Under the pieces are notes generated by a model. That model was not told the DNA's origin, did not search any database, and was given only the letters and a program-made list of their open reading frames with translations. The position numbers and the translations under genes are program-made. 40,482 nucleotides of DNA from an uncultured Pseudomonadales bacterium (GTDB taxonomy: Bacteria > Patescibacteriota > Microgenomatia > UBA1400 > PJMF01): NCBI GenBank assembly GCA_964609285.1, contig CAZSQY010000002.1, positions 1-40,482 of the forward strand. The letters run 5' to 3'. This document shows, piece by piece, positions 24,525 to 34,293 of the stretch (within the stretch, counting starts at the first letter, position 1; every line of letters starts with the position of its first letter).

Positions 24525-24551
24525 CTAGCAGTTAAAGTTAACGAGTGCTAA
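24525..24551 (-). promoter_or_regulatory. CIRCE-like operator upstream of dnaJ
   Basis: The minus strand reads TTAGCACTC-gttaacttt-AACTGCTAG, matching the consensus TTAGCACTC-N9-GAGTGCTAA in 9/9 and 6/9 positions. It overlaps the stop codon of the yfhO-like gene. A possible TTAACT-N17-TACAAT promoter lies immediately downstream. Confidence 0.45.
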
Positions 24552-26923
24552 ATTTTAGATATTTTTGATCGATGCTCAACCACTATGCCGCCAATACCCG
24601 CCATTAAAGCCAGCAGGCTGATGGCAATTCCATAATAAAAATATTTAGGACGATAAGTTAGTTTTACTTGATTTAATCCAGGTTCAATGGGTACACGGCG
24701 CATATGATTAAACTCCTGTACTTCTACTGACTGCCCATTCACTACTGCAATCCAGTTAGGATCATAGCGGTCAGCAATAATTATGTGCCGGTGGTTGGCA
24801 GAGTTGTCAAAATTAAACTCAATTTTATTCGGAGTCTCTGAATATTTTTCCAACTCAAGCTGAAAATCAGGGTCATCTTGATTTTCTAGTGTTTCCCCTG
24901 CAAACCTAAATCTGTTAAGAGCCGGCAGCTGATAAAGCGTCCAATAACTCTCCTCTGCTGTTGTTTGCAAATGAGTTAAATCTTCTTGGACATCAAACCA
25001 ATTATCCACTAAGTAGTATTTGACTGACCATTGGGATAAAAGGGGGTTATTGATTTTAATTTCCGGCAAGCTATTAATAGCCGGACTTGATTCAGCGTTC
25101 TCATTCCAAAGTTGATCCATTTTTTGAGGCATTAAGGTAGTATAACCATTCAAAATATTAACTCCTGCTACCATATTCCAATCAGGAGTCATGCCTTGAG
25201 ACATTCTTTTTAGATGATTAAATTCGGTTAATTCTTGTTTATCAATGTAGGAGTCGGAAAAAGGCTGCCTAATAACAGTCGCTTCTAAATAAGCACCAAA
25301 ATCCGTAAAAGGTGTGTTGTGATTCCTTATCAAGCTTCTAGCCTGATCATCAATCTCAAGTTGTTCTTGAAAAATAAATTGATTTTCTAAATCAGAATAA
25401 ATTTTTTTAGGAGCGCAAAGCATTAAGCCTTGGGTATTAAAAATTAGATCAACGATCAAGATTGCTATAAATATTAAATAAAACTTTTTTTTCACTAGCC
25501 AAATAGACAGCACAAACAAACTAGAATTAATAATCAAATTGTGAAAAATATTTTCAAAAATTAAATAATTTTTTTCTAACGTATGAAACGAACTTTGTAA
25601 AAGTCTGTCTTTTAATATCTGATTAATGAAATACCAAAAATTATCAAAATTACTCTTAATTAAAAAATAAATCAATAAAGAAACCAACACAAAACCTAAG
25701 CTAAAATATATAAATCTTTTTTTGATATTAAATTTAAATAAATTTTGACTAATTATCAATGATCCAATAAAACTTGCCATGATTAAAGCAGTGCTCGGCA
25801 CTCTTGTTGGGCCAATAATTGCAGATATATCAAAAGGTAGATAACGGCCAAATGAATAGATAATTATTAACAACCAAGCAATGAACCAACTCAGTTCTTT
25901 TTTTTGTTTTTTAACTTTTAAAATAAAACTTGCCATGGCCAAAGCCCCAATCCAGCCAAAATAAATAAAAACGTTAGGCATGTTAATCCACCCAGGACCC
26001 CATCTAATACCAAGCCTAGGATTTTCAAAAAAGTAAGGCAGTAAAAATTTAATTAACTCTAAATGATGTAAAGAGCCCACTAATGCCTGCTCGCTCGACT
26101 GACTTAATCTAGTAGAAGCTGTCAATAGTTCAACAAAAGGTAGCCAAATTACGGCGGAAAGGCTCACTGTTAATAAAGCTGTTAGTGCCCATTGCCAAAA
26201 CCAATTAAGAATTGATTGACTTTTTTCTTTTTCCAGAAAAGAGCAAAAAACTGCCAATAAAATACTAAATATCAGATATAAGGGATAACCTGCAGCAAAC
26301 TGCAATAAAACTCCAAAAGCAAAAAAGAATTTGTGCTTAAAAGAATCATTAATAAATAACCCTAGATACACAATAATCGGTAGCCAAGCAAGAGACTGCA
26401 AACTTGTCATATTAGAATTAAGTACTACTGAAACCTGCATAGAAATCGCCCAAAAAACTGCAGCCACCAAAGAAATTTTATGTTGAGTTAAAATTTTCTT
26501 ACTGACTAGATACATTCCAAAAAATGTAAGACTTACATGCAGAATTAAATTTAAATTTAGAGCAGCAGCAGGGCCCATCCATGTAAAAAGAAAAGTTGAT
26601 GGATATAAAATTGATTGATTTACATCGCCAATCCAGGGTAGTCCGGCAAAAATAGTTGAATTCCACAATGGCAAAATTCCTTGTTTCAGCCAATGTGCAG
26701 TAAACAACTTACCCGGTACCATCAAGGAATAATTATCTCCAAAATAAAAGGTTTTTCCTTGTAAAAGCGGGTAGAAGCGTAAAAGCAAAATCCAACCCAA
26801 AACAATACTTACTTGAACCCAATGATTTTCCAAAAACGACTTTATTTTAAAAATAGATTTTGAGTCAATAATAGAATCTAGTTTTCCTTTAATCATATGG
26901 TTGTGAAAATCTAAGTTTAACAA
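24548..26923 (-). CDS. YfhO-family polytopic membrane protein (GT-C-like glycosyltransferase candidate)
   Basis: More than 12 predicted TM segments. Has the N-terminal GDNYSLMVPGKLFTAHWLKQGILPLWNSTIFAGLPWIGDVNQSILYP motif block and a C-terminal soluble domain followed by a final TM. Confidence 0.55.
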   Translation of the reverse strand: MLNLDFHNHMIKGKLDSIIDSKSIFKIKSFLENHWVQVSIVLGWILLLRFYPLLQGKTFYFGDNYSLMVPGKLFTAHWLKQGILPLWNSTIFAGLPWIGDVNQSILYPSTFLFTWMGPAAALNLNLILHVSLTFFGMYLVSKKILTQHKISLVAAVFWAISMQVSVVLNSNMTSLQSLAWLPIIVYLGLFINDSFKHKFFFAFGVLLQFAAGYPLYLIFSILLAVFCSFLEKEKSQSILNWFWQWALTALLTVSLSAVIWLPFVELLTASTRLSQSSEQALVGSLHHLELIKFLLPYFFENPRLGIRWGPGWINMPNVFIYFGWIGALAMASFILKVKKQKKELSWFIAWLLIIIYSFGRYLPFDISAIIGPTRVPSTALIMASFIGSLIISQNLFKFNIKKRFIYFSLGFVLVSLLIYFLIKSNFDNFWYFINQILKDRLLQSSFHTLEKNYLIFENIFHNLIINSSLFVLSIWLVKKKFYLIFIAILIVDLIFNTQGLMLCAPKKIYSDLENQFIFQEQLEIDDQARSLIRNHNTPFTDFGAYLEATVIRQPFSDSYIDKQELTEFNHLKRMSQGMTPDWNMVAGVNILNGYTTLMPQKMDQLWNENAESSPAINSLPEIKINNPLLSQWSVKYYLVDNWFDVQEDLTHLQTTAEESYWTLYQLPALNRFRFAGETLENQDDPDFQLELEKYSETPNKIEFNFDNSANHRHIIIADRYDPNWIAVVNGQSVEVQEFNHMRRVPIEPGLNQVKLTYRPKYFYYGIAISLLALMAGIGGIVVEHRSKISKI

Positions 26924-27572
26924 TTGTGCCTAAGGCCATGAATCCATCCTTCCAAGTAATCTTTTTCCCCTCATCAAAACCGCGGCCAATATATGTGATT
27001 GGTACTTCAAAAATATGAATACCTCTTTTTAAAATCTTACAAGTAATCTCCGGCTCTAAATCAAACTTATTAGCTTGCAAGTCTAAATCGCGCATCAAAT
27101 CTGTGGGGACTAGTTTGTAGCAAGTTTCCATATCAGACAAAGTAGTGTCATACAAAATATTTAGAAAAAAATTTAGAAAAAAATTACCGGCCCGGTGCCA
27201 AAACAACAAGTTGGAGTGAGGACCTAAGAAGCGGGAGCCATAAACCACCTCAATTCTGTCTTTTTGGGCAGCATCGACTAAACTCGGAATGTCTTGCGGA
27301 TCATATTCTAGATCAGCATCCTGAATCATGACATAATCACCGCTGACCTTTTCCAGGCCATAACGGACTGCGCTGCCCTTACCGCCATTTTCTTTTTGAA
27401 AAATTTTAATTTTTTTTGACTTGACTTTTTGAATTTCATCCCAGGTGTTATCAGTCGAACCATCATCAACCACCACCACTTCATTCACTTCTTTTACCTG
27501 AATTAACTTTTTCAAAAGATCTTTGACTGTGTTTTGTTCGTTATAAACAGGGACAATTACGGAGAGTTTCAT
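26889..27572 (-). CDS. GT2 glycosyltransferase (polyprenol-phosphate sugar synthase-like)
   Basis: LSVIVPVYNE, VVVDDGSTDNT and QDADLEYDP. It overlaps the yfhO-like gene by 35 nt. Confidence 0.75.
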   Translation of the reverse strand: MKLSVIVPVYNEQNTVKDLLKKLIQVKEVNEVVVVDDGSTDNTWDEIQKVKSKKIKIFQKENGGKGSAVRYGLEKVSGDYVMIQDADLEYDPQDIPSLVDAAQKDRIEVVYGSRFLGPHSNLLFWHRAGNFFLNFFLNILYDTTLSDMETCYKLVPTDLMRDLDLQANKFDLEPEITCKILKRGIHIFEVPITYIGRGFDEGKKITWKDGFMALGTIVKLRFSQPYD

Positions 27573-27634
27573 GAGTTAGAGTATAAGGGTTGAGACGAGT
27601 TTGAGCAATAGATTGCCAACAGGTTTGAACAACA

Positions 27635-27663
27635 GGCGGCGCCGAAATCTTTTCGGCGCCGCC
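27635..27663 (-). terminator. Strong GC hairpin downstream of dnaK (terminator-like, no clear U-tract)
   Basis: ggcggcgccgaaa/tttcggcgccgcc, a perfect 13-bp stem with a 3-nt loop (tct), 42 nt after the dnaK stop. Confidence 0.5.
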
Positions 27664-27704
27664 TCAAATAATTACCAATAAATTACTTAATACTTTCTAA
27701 TTCT

Positions 27705-29642
27705 CTAATTAATCACTTCGCCTTCTTCCACATCCTCATCAGACTCATCTTGACTATCTTCCTTATCTTCACCTGATTTTTCACCCGCACCAGCTTGATC
27801 TGCCTCACCTTGTTGAGCCTGACGCATGGCCTCTCCCAACTTCTGCGCTGTAGTCAAAGTCTGCTGAGTAGCTTCTTCTAACTCTTCTTTAGTTGTATCT
27901 TCCTTTTCAGCCAACTCTTGCAGTTTTTCTACAGCTTCTTCAATCTCTTTTTTATCATCATCGCTTAACTTGTCACCATAATCCTTTAATTGCTTTTCTA
28001 ACTCAAAACCAACGCTGCGCGCTTTATTACGGGCCTCAACTAGCTCACGATGCTTGCGATCCTCCTCAGCATGTTCTTCCGCCTCTTTCTTCATGCGCTC
28101 AATCTCTTCTTCATCTAAGTTAGTCGAATTTTTAATTGTAATTGATTGTTCTTTACCTGAAGTCTTGTCCTTAGCTGATACATTCAAAATACCATTTGAA
28201 TCAATATCAAACTCAACTTCAATTTGCGGCACCCCTCGTGGTGCGGGCGGAATTCCATCCAAAATAAATCGACCCAGCGAGCGGTTGTCTTTAGCCATTT
28301 CGCGTTCACCCTGCAAAACATTAATCTCTACCTGAGTTTGATTATCGGCTGCTGTAGAGAAAACCTTAGAAGCACTGGTTGGAATAGTGGTGTTACGGTC
28401 AATTAATGGAGTCCGCACACCGCCCAAGGTCTCAATGCCTAAAGTCAAAGGTGTTACGTCTAACAAAACAATGTCTTCCACCTCTCCACCAATAACACCC
28501 GCTTGTACAGCTGCGCCTACAGCCACTACTTCATCTGGATTAACGCTTTTATTAGGCGTTTTACCAAAAAACTTTTTAACTCTCTCTTGAATCTTAGGCA
28601 TGCGCGTTTGGCCACCTACCAATACCACTTCATCCACATCAGAAGCTTTAATCCCTGCATCTTTTAAAGCTTTTTTCATTGGTCCAAAGGTTCTTTCAAT
28701 TAAATCATCCACCAGCTCTTCTAACTTGGAGCGGGTTAGAGTCATGGTTAAATGCAAAGGATTTCCCTCTGATCCCTGAGTTATAAAGGGTTGATTAATT
28801 TCACTGGACTGAGCTGTGGACAACTCAATCTTAGCTTTTTCTGCCGCATCTTTTAATCGCTGCAAAGCCTGTTTGTCTTTAGACAGATCAACACCCTGCT
28901 CTTTTTTAAACTCAGCTATAATCCATTCCATGATTTCTTGATCGAAATCATTGCCTCCCAGGAAAGTATCACCATTAGTAGATTTAACTTCAAACACACC
29001 ATCGCCAATCTCAAGAATAGAAATGTCGTAAGTACCACCGCCCAAGTCATAAACAGCAATGGTTTGGCTTTCTTTTTTATCTAAACCGTAAGCTAAAGAT
29101 GCAGCCGTCGGCTCATTAACGATTCTTTCCACTTCAAAACCAGCAATTTCTCCTGCCTGCTTAGTAGCCTGGCGTTGCGAGTCATCAAAATAAGCCGGAA
29201 CCGTAATAACAGCCCGATCCACTTCTGAACCCAAATAACTTTCTGCATCACGCTTGGCCTTCATTAAGACCTGAGCTGAAATCTCTTGCGGGGTATATGT
29301 TTTGCCATCTACTTCAACCACGGCCATACCGTCCTGACCTTCTTTAATCTTATAATTAACGTGTTTAACAGCCTTTTTCACCGCTGAATCGCTAAACTTC
29401 CGACCGATAAACCTTTTCACTGAGTGAACTGTAGTTTCCGGATTTAAAACTATTTGCCGCTTGGCCGGCTCACCAACCAAAATTTCTTTACCTTTAAAAG
29501 CTACAATCGAAGGGAAAGTGTTGCGACCCTCAGCTGACGGAATAATTTTGGGAGAACCACCCTCCATGACGGCCACAGCTGAATAGGTTGTGCCTAAATC
29601 AATACCAATAATTTTACCTGTTTTTTTTGTTTTTTTTGCCAT
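27705..29642 (-). CDS. dnaK: Chaperone DnaK (Hsp70)
   Basis: [18 protein letters not shown] and [10 protein letters not shown], with an acidic C-terminal tail. Confidence 0.97.
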   Translation of the reverse strand: MAKKTKKTGKIIGIDLGTTYSAVAVMEGGSPKIIPSAEGRNTFPSIVAFKGKEILVGEPAKRQIVLNPETTVHSVKRFIGRKFSDSAVKKAVKHVNYKIKEGQDGMAVVEVDGKTYTPQEISAQVLMKAKRDAESYLGSEVDRAVITVPAYFDDSQRQATKQAGEIAGFEVERIVNEPTAASLAYGLDKKESQTIAVYDLGGGTYDISILEIGDGVFEVKSTNGDTFLGGNDFDQEIMEWIIAEFKKEQGVDLSKDKQALQRLKDAAEKAKIELSTAQSSEINQPFITQGSEGNPLHLTMTLTRSKLEELVDDLIERTFGPMKKALKDAGIKASDVDEVVLVGGQTRMPKIQERVKKFFGKTPNKSVNPDEVVAVGAAVQAGVIGGEVEDIVLLDVTPLTLGIETLGGVRTPLIDRNTTIPTSASKVFSTAADNQTQVEINVLQGEREMAKDNRSLGRFILDGIPPAPRGVPQIEVEFDIDSNGILNVSAKDKTSGKEQSITIKNSTNLDEEEIERMKKEAEEHAEEDRKHRELVEARNKARSVGFELEKQLKDYGDKLSDDDKKEIEEAVEKLQELAEKEDTTKEELEEATQQTLTTAQKLGEAMRQAQQGEADQAGAGEKSGEDKEDSQDESDEDVEEGEVIN

Positions 29643-29698
29643 AATTAACTCCTTATATATTTTCCATTTTAATTTTTTATTTTTGTTATTTTTTTAAT

Positions 29699-30214
29699 TC
29701 AGTCTGAATTACCTAAAACTACTTTGGCGTACTGAATGACCTCACCTTTGAGGCGATAACCTGGCTCAATTACTTCTACCACTGTCTCGCCTTTGCCCTG
29801 TTTATCAACTGCATCCATCGTTTCTACATTAAATTCTTTACCCTTGGCCTCGATTCTCTCTAGGCCCACTTGGTTTAAAACTGACCACAACTGTTTAGCT
29901 ACCATGTCTAAAAGTTCATTATCTGACTGCTCCGCAGCCTTATCCAAATTACCTATCACTGGCAGCAAAGCCTCAATTAAATCCCGATTAGCAAATTTGG
30001 CTACTTTAGAACGCTCTTTTTCGCTGCGGCGGATTAAGTTTTGATAATCAGCCAAAAGCCGTTTTTCTCTTTCTTGTGAATTGACTAGATCTTGCTGTAA
30101 TTGCTCAAATTTATCTAAAAGATCTGGGTCCGCTTTTCTTTTATCTTGTTTTGACCCTTGTTTTTGTCGCTGCGCTGTATCCAATTTATGCTTGTTTTGT
30201 TGGTTTTTTGCCAT
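29699..30214 (-). CDS. grpE: Nucleotide exchange factor GrpE
   Basis: RLLADYQNLIRR coiled coil and a C-terminal beta domain. Sits between hrcA and dnaK. Confidence 0.9.
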   Translation of the reverse strand: MAKNQQNKHKLDTAQRQKQGSKQDKRKADPDLLDKFEQLQQDLVNSQEREKRLLADYQNLIRRSEKERSKVAKFANRDLIEALLPVIGNLDKAAEQSDNELLDMVAKQLWSVLNQVGLERIEAKGKEFNVETMDAVDKQGKGETVVEVIEPGYRLKGEVIQYAKVVLGNSD

Positions 30215-30278
30215 AGATCTAAGCTTTCTGCACTACAACCTGATAAATAAAATTGGTCATAAATCAATGCTAGAAAAA

Positions 30279-30998
30279 TTAAACCATCTCCTCGATCAAA
30301 TTTTTAAAATACTTCATCATCGGCACCAAATACGGATAATCAAATCTTTCTGAGCCTAAAACGCCCAAGCGGCAGTCATGGCCATGAACATTGACTGACA
30401 TAAACATCAATCCTACTGGTTCTAATTCTTTTTCACCTAATTCTCTGCCATAAACAATTTGAATCTTGTCATAGCTTTCACTCTTGGAAAAAATTTCTTG
30501 CATCAAATTGGTTTGTTCAATAACCGATAGCACCCTGCGCATAACCTTAATGTCATAAAACTCAGGCATGTCCAATAAATTTGCATAACCGGAATGATAT
30601 AAATGAGGCTCATCGGTCATAGCCACTCCCACCGCCCGGGCACGGTTGGCTAGAACCCGAGTACTTTCTTTGAGTAGGCGGCCCAGCTTGTCGCGGCTTT
30701 GCCAAATTTTTTCTTTAGCACTCACTTCATCGGCCACAGACAGCTCATCTTCCCGCATTAATTCATTCACATATAGCCGCAGAGCTGCTGGGGTAGGAAT
30801 ACGGCCACCGCTACTGTGAGTTTTATATAAATAGCCCTGTTTACTGAGATAAACCATCTCGTTGCGAATAGTGGCCGGTGAAACTCCAATATTAAATTTT
30901 TTATCCACAGTTTCAGAACCAACCGGCTCAGCCGTTTCAATAAACTCTTCAATAATAGCTCTCAAAATTTGGATTTGGCGTGGTGCTAAATCTATCAT
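30279..30998 (-). CDS. hrcA: Heat-inducible repressor HrcA (short form, 239 aa)
   Basis: RQIQILRAIIEEFIETAEPVGSETV...SPATIRNEM..L...GYL..THSSGGRIPT matches the winged-helix N-terminus. Confidence 0.85.
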   Translation of the reverse strand: MIDLAPRQIQILRAIIEEFIETAEPVGSETVDKKFNIGVSPATIRNEMVYLSKQGYLYKTHSSGGRIPTPAALRLYVNELMREDELSVADEVSAKEKIWQSRDKLGRLLKESTRVLANRARAVGVAMTDEPHLYHSGYANLLDMPEFYDIKVMRRVLSVIEQTNLMQEIFSKSESYDKIQIVYGRELGEKELEPVGLMFMSVNVHGHDCRLGVLGSERFDYPYLVPMMKYFKNLIEEMV

Positions 30999-31086
30999 AG
31001 GTTTAAATAATTGATAAAAATATCAATTGTAATTTCTTTTGCTATTTTGATAGCTAAAACAACTGCGCAAAGCAAAATAGCTGCTA

Positions 31087-31113
31087 TTAGCAATAATAGC
31101 GAGCGAGTGCTAA
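31087..31113 (-). promoter_or_regulatory. CIRCE operator of the hrcA-grpE-dnaK operon
   Basis: The minus strand reads TTAGCACTC-gctcgctat-TATTGCTAA, matching the consensus in 9/9 and 7/9 positions. Confidence 0.7.
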
Positions 31114-31121
31114 AAAGTCAA
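31093..31121 (-). promoter_or_regulatory. Sigma70-type promoter of hrcA, overlapped by CIRCE
   Basis: The minus strand reads TTGACT-N17-TATTAT. CIRCE spans the spacer and the -10 element. About 90 nt upstream of the hrcA ATG. Confidence 0.6.
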
Positions 31122-31245
31122 GAAAAATAGTTATTTTGGTCATGTCTCGAAGTCTTTAGATAGAGAAATACTGTCTATCCTGCCCCTGTAAACAGGGGGA
31201 AGATTAAAAAGTGGGGCGTCTCCTCTTAAAATTATTTTGAGAGCC

Positions 31246-31533
31246 TTAAAGCAAAAGCAAACCAATCCCTACCAAGGCAAGACCTGAAACAATCCATCTA
31301 AGCCAATCTTCAGGACCAGTTTGAGGTAACTCATCGGGCATAACAGGCTGTCCACCCTTAGTACTAGTAGTGCTTGAAGTGGCTTCTGTTGTAGTTAGCT
31401 CCTCTTGAGCTTGAACAATTTTAACTATGTGAAGAGAAGGAGTTGGGGATCGTAGATCAAAAAAGGGCGTAAGATAATTGAGACTTAAAAAAGCGACTGT
31501 AAAAAAAATAAATAAAATAAGCAGTTTTTTCAT
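31246..31533 (-). CDS. Small secreted protein with an LPXTG-like C-terminal sorting signal
   Basis: I prefer the internal start MKKLLILFIFFTVAFLSL (a signal peptide) over the ORF-track start at 31605. Thr/Ser-rich middle, LPQTG, then the hydrophobic IVSGLALVGIGLLLL. There is no basic tail. Confidence 0.5.
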   Translation of the reverse strand: MKKLLILFIFFTVAFLSLNYLTPFFDLRSPTPSLHIVKIVQAQEELTTTEATSSTTSTKGGQPVMPDELPQTGPEDWLRWIVSGLALVGIGLLLL

Positions 31534-31725
31534 GAAAATTGGGCATGATTTATAATGGCTCTCTTTAATTAATATCATCACTAAGACCTTCTTGTCTAGA
31601 ATCACTTCTCTATTTTTGATTAATTTTGATTACAACTGAGGCGGCTAAAGAACTTGTGGCTTGTTTCTCTACAGGATAAACTAAAATTAGTCTTATTTAT
31701 TTAATTTATTTAAGTTAATTTATTC

Positions 31726-33183
31726 ATGGCCAGACGCAAAAAACCTTACCAAAACCCTCGCAAATATATTGTTTCCAGCCTAAGTTTAATTTTTTTCATG
31801 GCTTTAATTTTAATATCAGTTTCTCAAATTGATAAAATCCGCGAATTTTTTTCCCAAGCATCCGGCCATCCGGCCGACATTCATATCGACACACAAGTTG
31901 TCATCGGCCCACTCAACCGCTCTTGGCGTAATTTGGCTCAGGGTGGCGAATCTTCTTCCTGGAGCATTGAGCCTATTCAAGCTCAAATGGCTGCACTTAA
32001 TCCAAAGTATATCCGTCTGGATCATATTTATGATTTTTATGATATTGTGCAAGGATCGCCAGGCAATTTATCCTTTAATTTTGCTCAATTAGACATAATT
32101 TTAAACAATATTTTAGAGACAGGGGCTAAGCCTTATCTTTCTTTAAGTTATATGCCGCCAGCCATTTCTCGGGGTGACATTGTTGATCAACCTCATAACT
32201 GGCATGATTGGCAGTTAACTGTACAAAAAACTATTGAGCATGTTTCGGGAACATTGGGCATTGAAGATGTTTATTATGAAGTTTGGAATGAGCCTGATTT
32301 ATTTGGCAATTGGAAATACTATGGTAATAAAAACTATCTCACGCTCTACTCATATGCTGCTCAAGGAGCACAAGCAGCTACCCATAATCCTCAAGTAAAA
32401 ACCTTTAAGATTGGAGGACCAGCCACAACTAGTTTGTATAAAAACTGGTTTGATGCTTTAGCCCAGCATGTAATCGATAATAAACTGAGATACGATTTTT
32501 TCTCATGGCACCAATACAATCATAGTTTAATTAATTTTGAACATGAAATTTATCAAGTGCGCGAGTGGTTAAATCAATATCCTCAATTAAGCTCACAATT
32601 GGAGCTGCATGTCACAGAATGGGGTTTATCTAATGACAACCATCCCGGTTATGACTCTAACTATGGAGCTGCTCATTTGGCCGCTGGAGCTATGGTAATT
32701 AACCAAGCCGTAGACAAAGCTTTTATATTCGAAATTCAAGACGGAAAAGATCCTCATGGGCAAGAATATTGGGGTCGATGGGGCTTGCTTACCCACCAAG
32801 AGTTTGGCTCTAAACCCAAACCCCGTTACCAAGCACTCAAATTTTTAGACCGTATTAGCGATCAGAGGCTGCAAATGACCGGTCAAGGCAGTTGGATAAA
32901 AGCTTTGGCTGCTAAAAACCCGAGCGGTAATCCTGAATTCATTATGGCCAACGCTGACCAACATCAGTCACATCAGGAACTGGTGCCTGTCACTTTTCAT
33001 AACATTGATCCTGGGGAATACAACTTAACCTTAGAATATTTAAACGGACAACAAAACAGTGTTACAGTAGCTACTAGCGCTGGCATTTTACGAACTGAGG
33101 TAAATATGCCTCCCAATTCAGTAGTTTATGGAGAGCTGACTCAAATAGAAAAATATCAAGATTTAGCGCCCCTAGTCGAGTAG
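31726..33183 (+). CDS. Membrane-anchored clan GH-A glycoside hydrolase (GH39-like)
   Basis: N-terminal TM segment. YYEVWNEPD (acid/base Glu in NEP) and LHVTEWG (nucleophile Glu) sit at the spacing expected for a (beta/alpha)8 fold. Confidence 0.5.
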   Translation: MARRKKPYQNPRKYIVSSLSLIFFMALILISVSQIDKIREFFSQASGHPADIHIDTQVVIGPLNRSWRNLAQGGESSSWSIEPIQAQMAALNPKYIRLDHIYDFYDIVQGSPGNLSFNFAQLDIILNNILETGAKPYLSLSYMPPAISRGDIVDQPHNWHDWQLTVQKTIEHVSGTLGIEDVYYEVWNEPDLFGNWKYYGNKNYLTLYSYAAQGAQAATHNPQVKTFKIGGPATTSLYKNWFDALAQHVIDNKLRYDFFSWHQYNHSLINFEHEIYQVREWLNQYPQLSSQLELHVTEWGLSNDNHPGYDSNYGAAHLAAGAMVINQAVDKAFIFEIQDGKDPHGQEYWGRWGLLTHQEFGSKPKPRYQALKFLDRISDQRLQMTGQGSWIKALAAKNPSGNPEFIMANADQHQSHQELVPVTFHNIDPGEYNLTLEYLNGQQNSVTVATSAGILRTEVNMPPNSVVYGELTQIEKYQDLAPLVE

Positions 33184-34293
33184 GGACTGAAGCATTTTTT
33201 GCACCTGAAACTCGAACTCCTTTTTAGTATAGGTTTGAGCTGATTGTCTAATTTCAGCTGACTCAAATTTCAAATTCTCAAACTCTTGAATTGCTTTTAT
33301 TAAACCGGCTTTAGACAAATTATCAAACAAAACTCCATTAATACCAGGGCGAACAGTGTAAGCCGGCCCACCCGATTGATGAGCAACAACTGGCGTTCCG
33401 GCCAGCATCGCTTCCACTGGCACAATACCAAAGTCTTCATCTTCTACTGGATATAATAACGCCTTAGAACCAGCGTATAACTTAGCTAGCTTTTCATCAG
33501 TCACTGCACCCAAAAATTCCATATTGGATCCGGCCATTTGTTGCAGCTTGTCTAGCATCGGCCCAGTCCCAGCTACCTTTAAAGTAAAACCCAACTCATT
33601 AGCAGCTTGCACAGCCAGTTCCGGGTGTTTTTGCAAACCAAGGCGGCCAATATAAAAATAATAATCTTGGTTTGATTGTTTTTTGATTGACTGCAATTCT
33701 TCATCACTGACAATTAAACTAACTGGCGGGTAAATTACTCTTGAATCACGGCGATAAAACTTTTTAATTCGAGCCTGAGTTTCTTCTGAATTAGCAATAA
33801 ATAAATCCACCTTTTGAGCATGTCTAAAATCAACTACTCGCATATAGTGATTAATTAATTGACCAAAAAATCTAATCACAAAATTTTTTTTCCAATTAGA
33901 CATGGTTGAATAGCCATATAATGCCCGGGGTGGAGTATGGCAATAACAAACATGAGTCCCATTTGACACTTGAACCGCTTTGGCTTCAAAAGCATTGGAA
34001 GAAGAAATGACCAAATCATAATCAGCCAAATTTAAATCAGCAAAAGCTTTGGGCGCTAAAAAGCGCAAAGGTGAATATAATTTTTTATGTCCTGGAATTT
34101 TGCTAAACCAAGTTTGGCGGATGTCCCAATCTTTAAAACGCTGCCAATGCTTGCCTAATGCTTTCTTATCCACAAAAGCAGTATAAACAGGAGCCTGAGG
34201 AAATAATTCATGCAAAGCTTCTAGCACCCGCTCTGCACCTCCATACTCACGCAGAAAATCATGAACTAAAGCAATTTTTATATTTTTTTTCAT
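33172..34293 (-). CDS. GT4-family glycosyltransferase
   Basis: GT-B fold with the EDFGIVPVEAMLAGTPVVA (EX7E) motif. Confidence 0.8.
   Translation of the reverse strand: MKKNIKIALVHDFLREYGGAERVLEALHELFPQAPVYTAFVDKKALGKHWQRFKDWDIRQTWFSKIPGHKKLYSPLRFLAPKAFADLNLADYDLVISSSNAFEAKAVQVSNGTHVCYCHTPPRALYGYSTMSNWKKNFVIRFFGQLINHYMRVVDFRHAQKVDLFIANSEETQARIKKFYRRDSRVIYPPVSLIVSDEELQSIKKQSNQDYYFYIGRLGLQKHPELAVQAANELGFTLKVAGTGPMLDKLQQMAGSNMEFLGAVTDEKLAKLYAGSKALLYPVEDEDFGIVPVEAMLAGTPVVAHQSGGPAYTVRPGINGVLFDNLSKAGLIKAIQEFENLKFESAEIRQSAQTYTKKEFEFQVQKMLQSLLD

Noticed and set aside
31163-31190. Hairpin cccctg-taaa-cagggg downstream of the LPXTG-like gene, as a terminator.
   Set aside because: The stem is only 6 bp and there is no U-tract on either strand, which is too weak to call.
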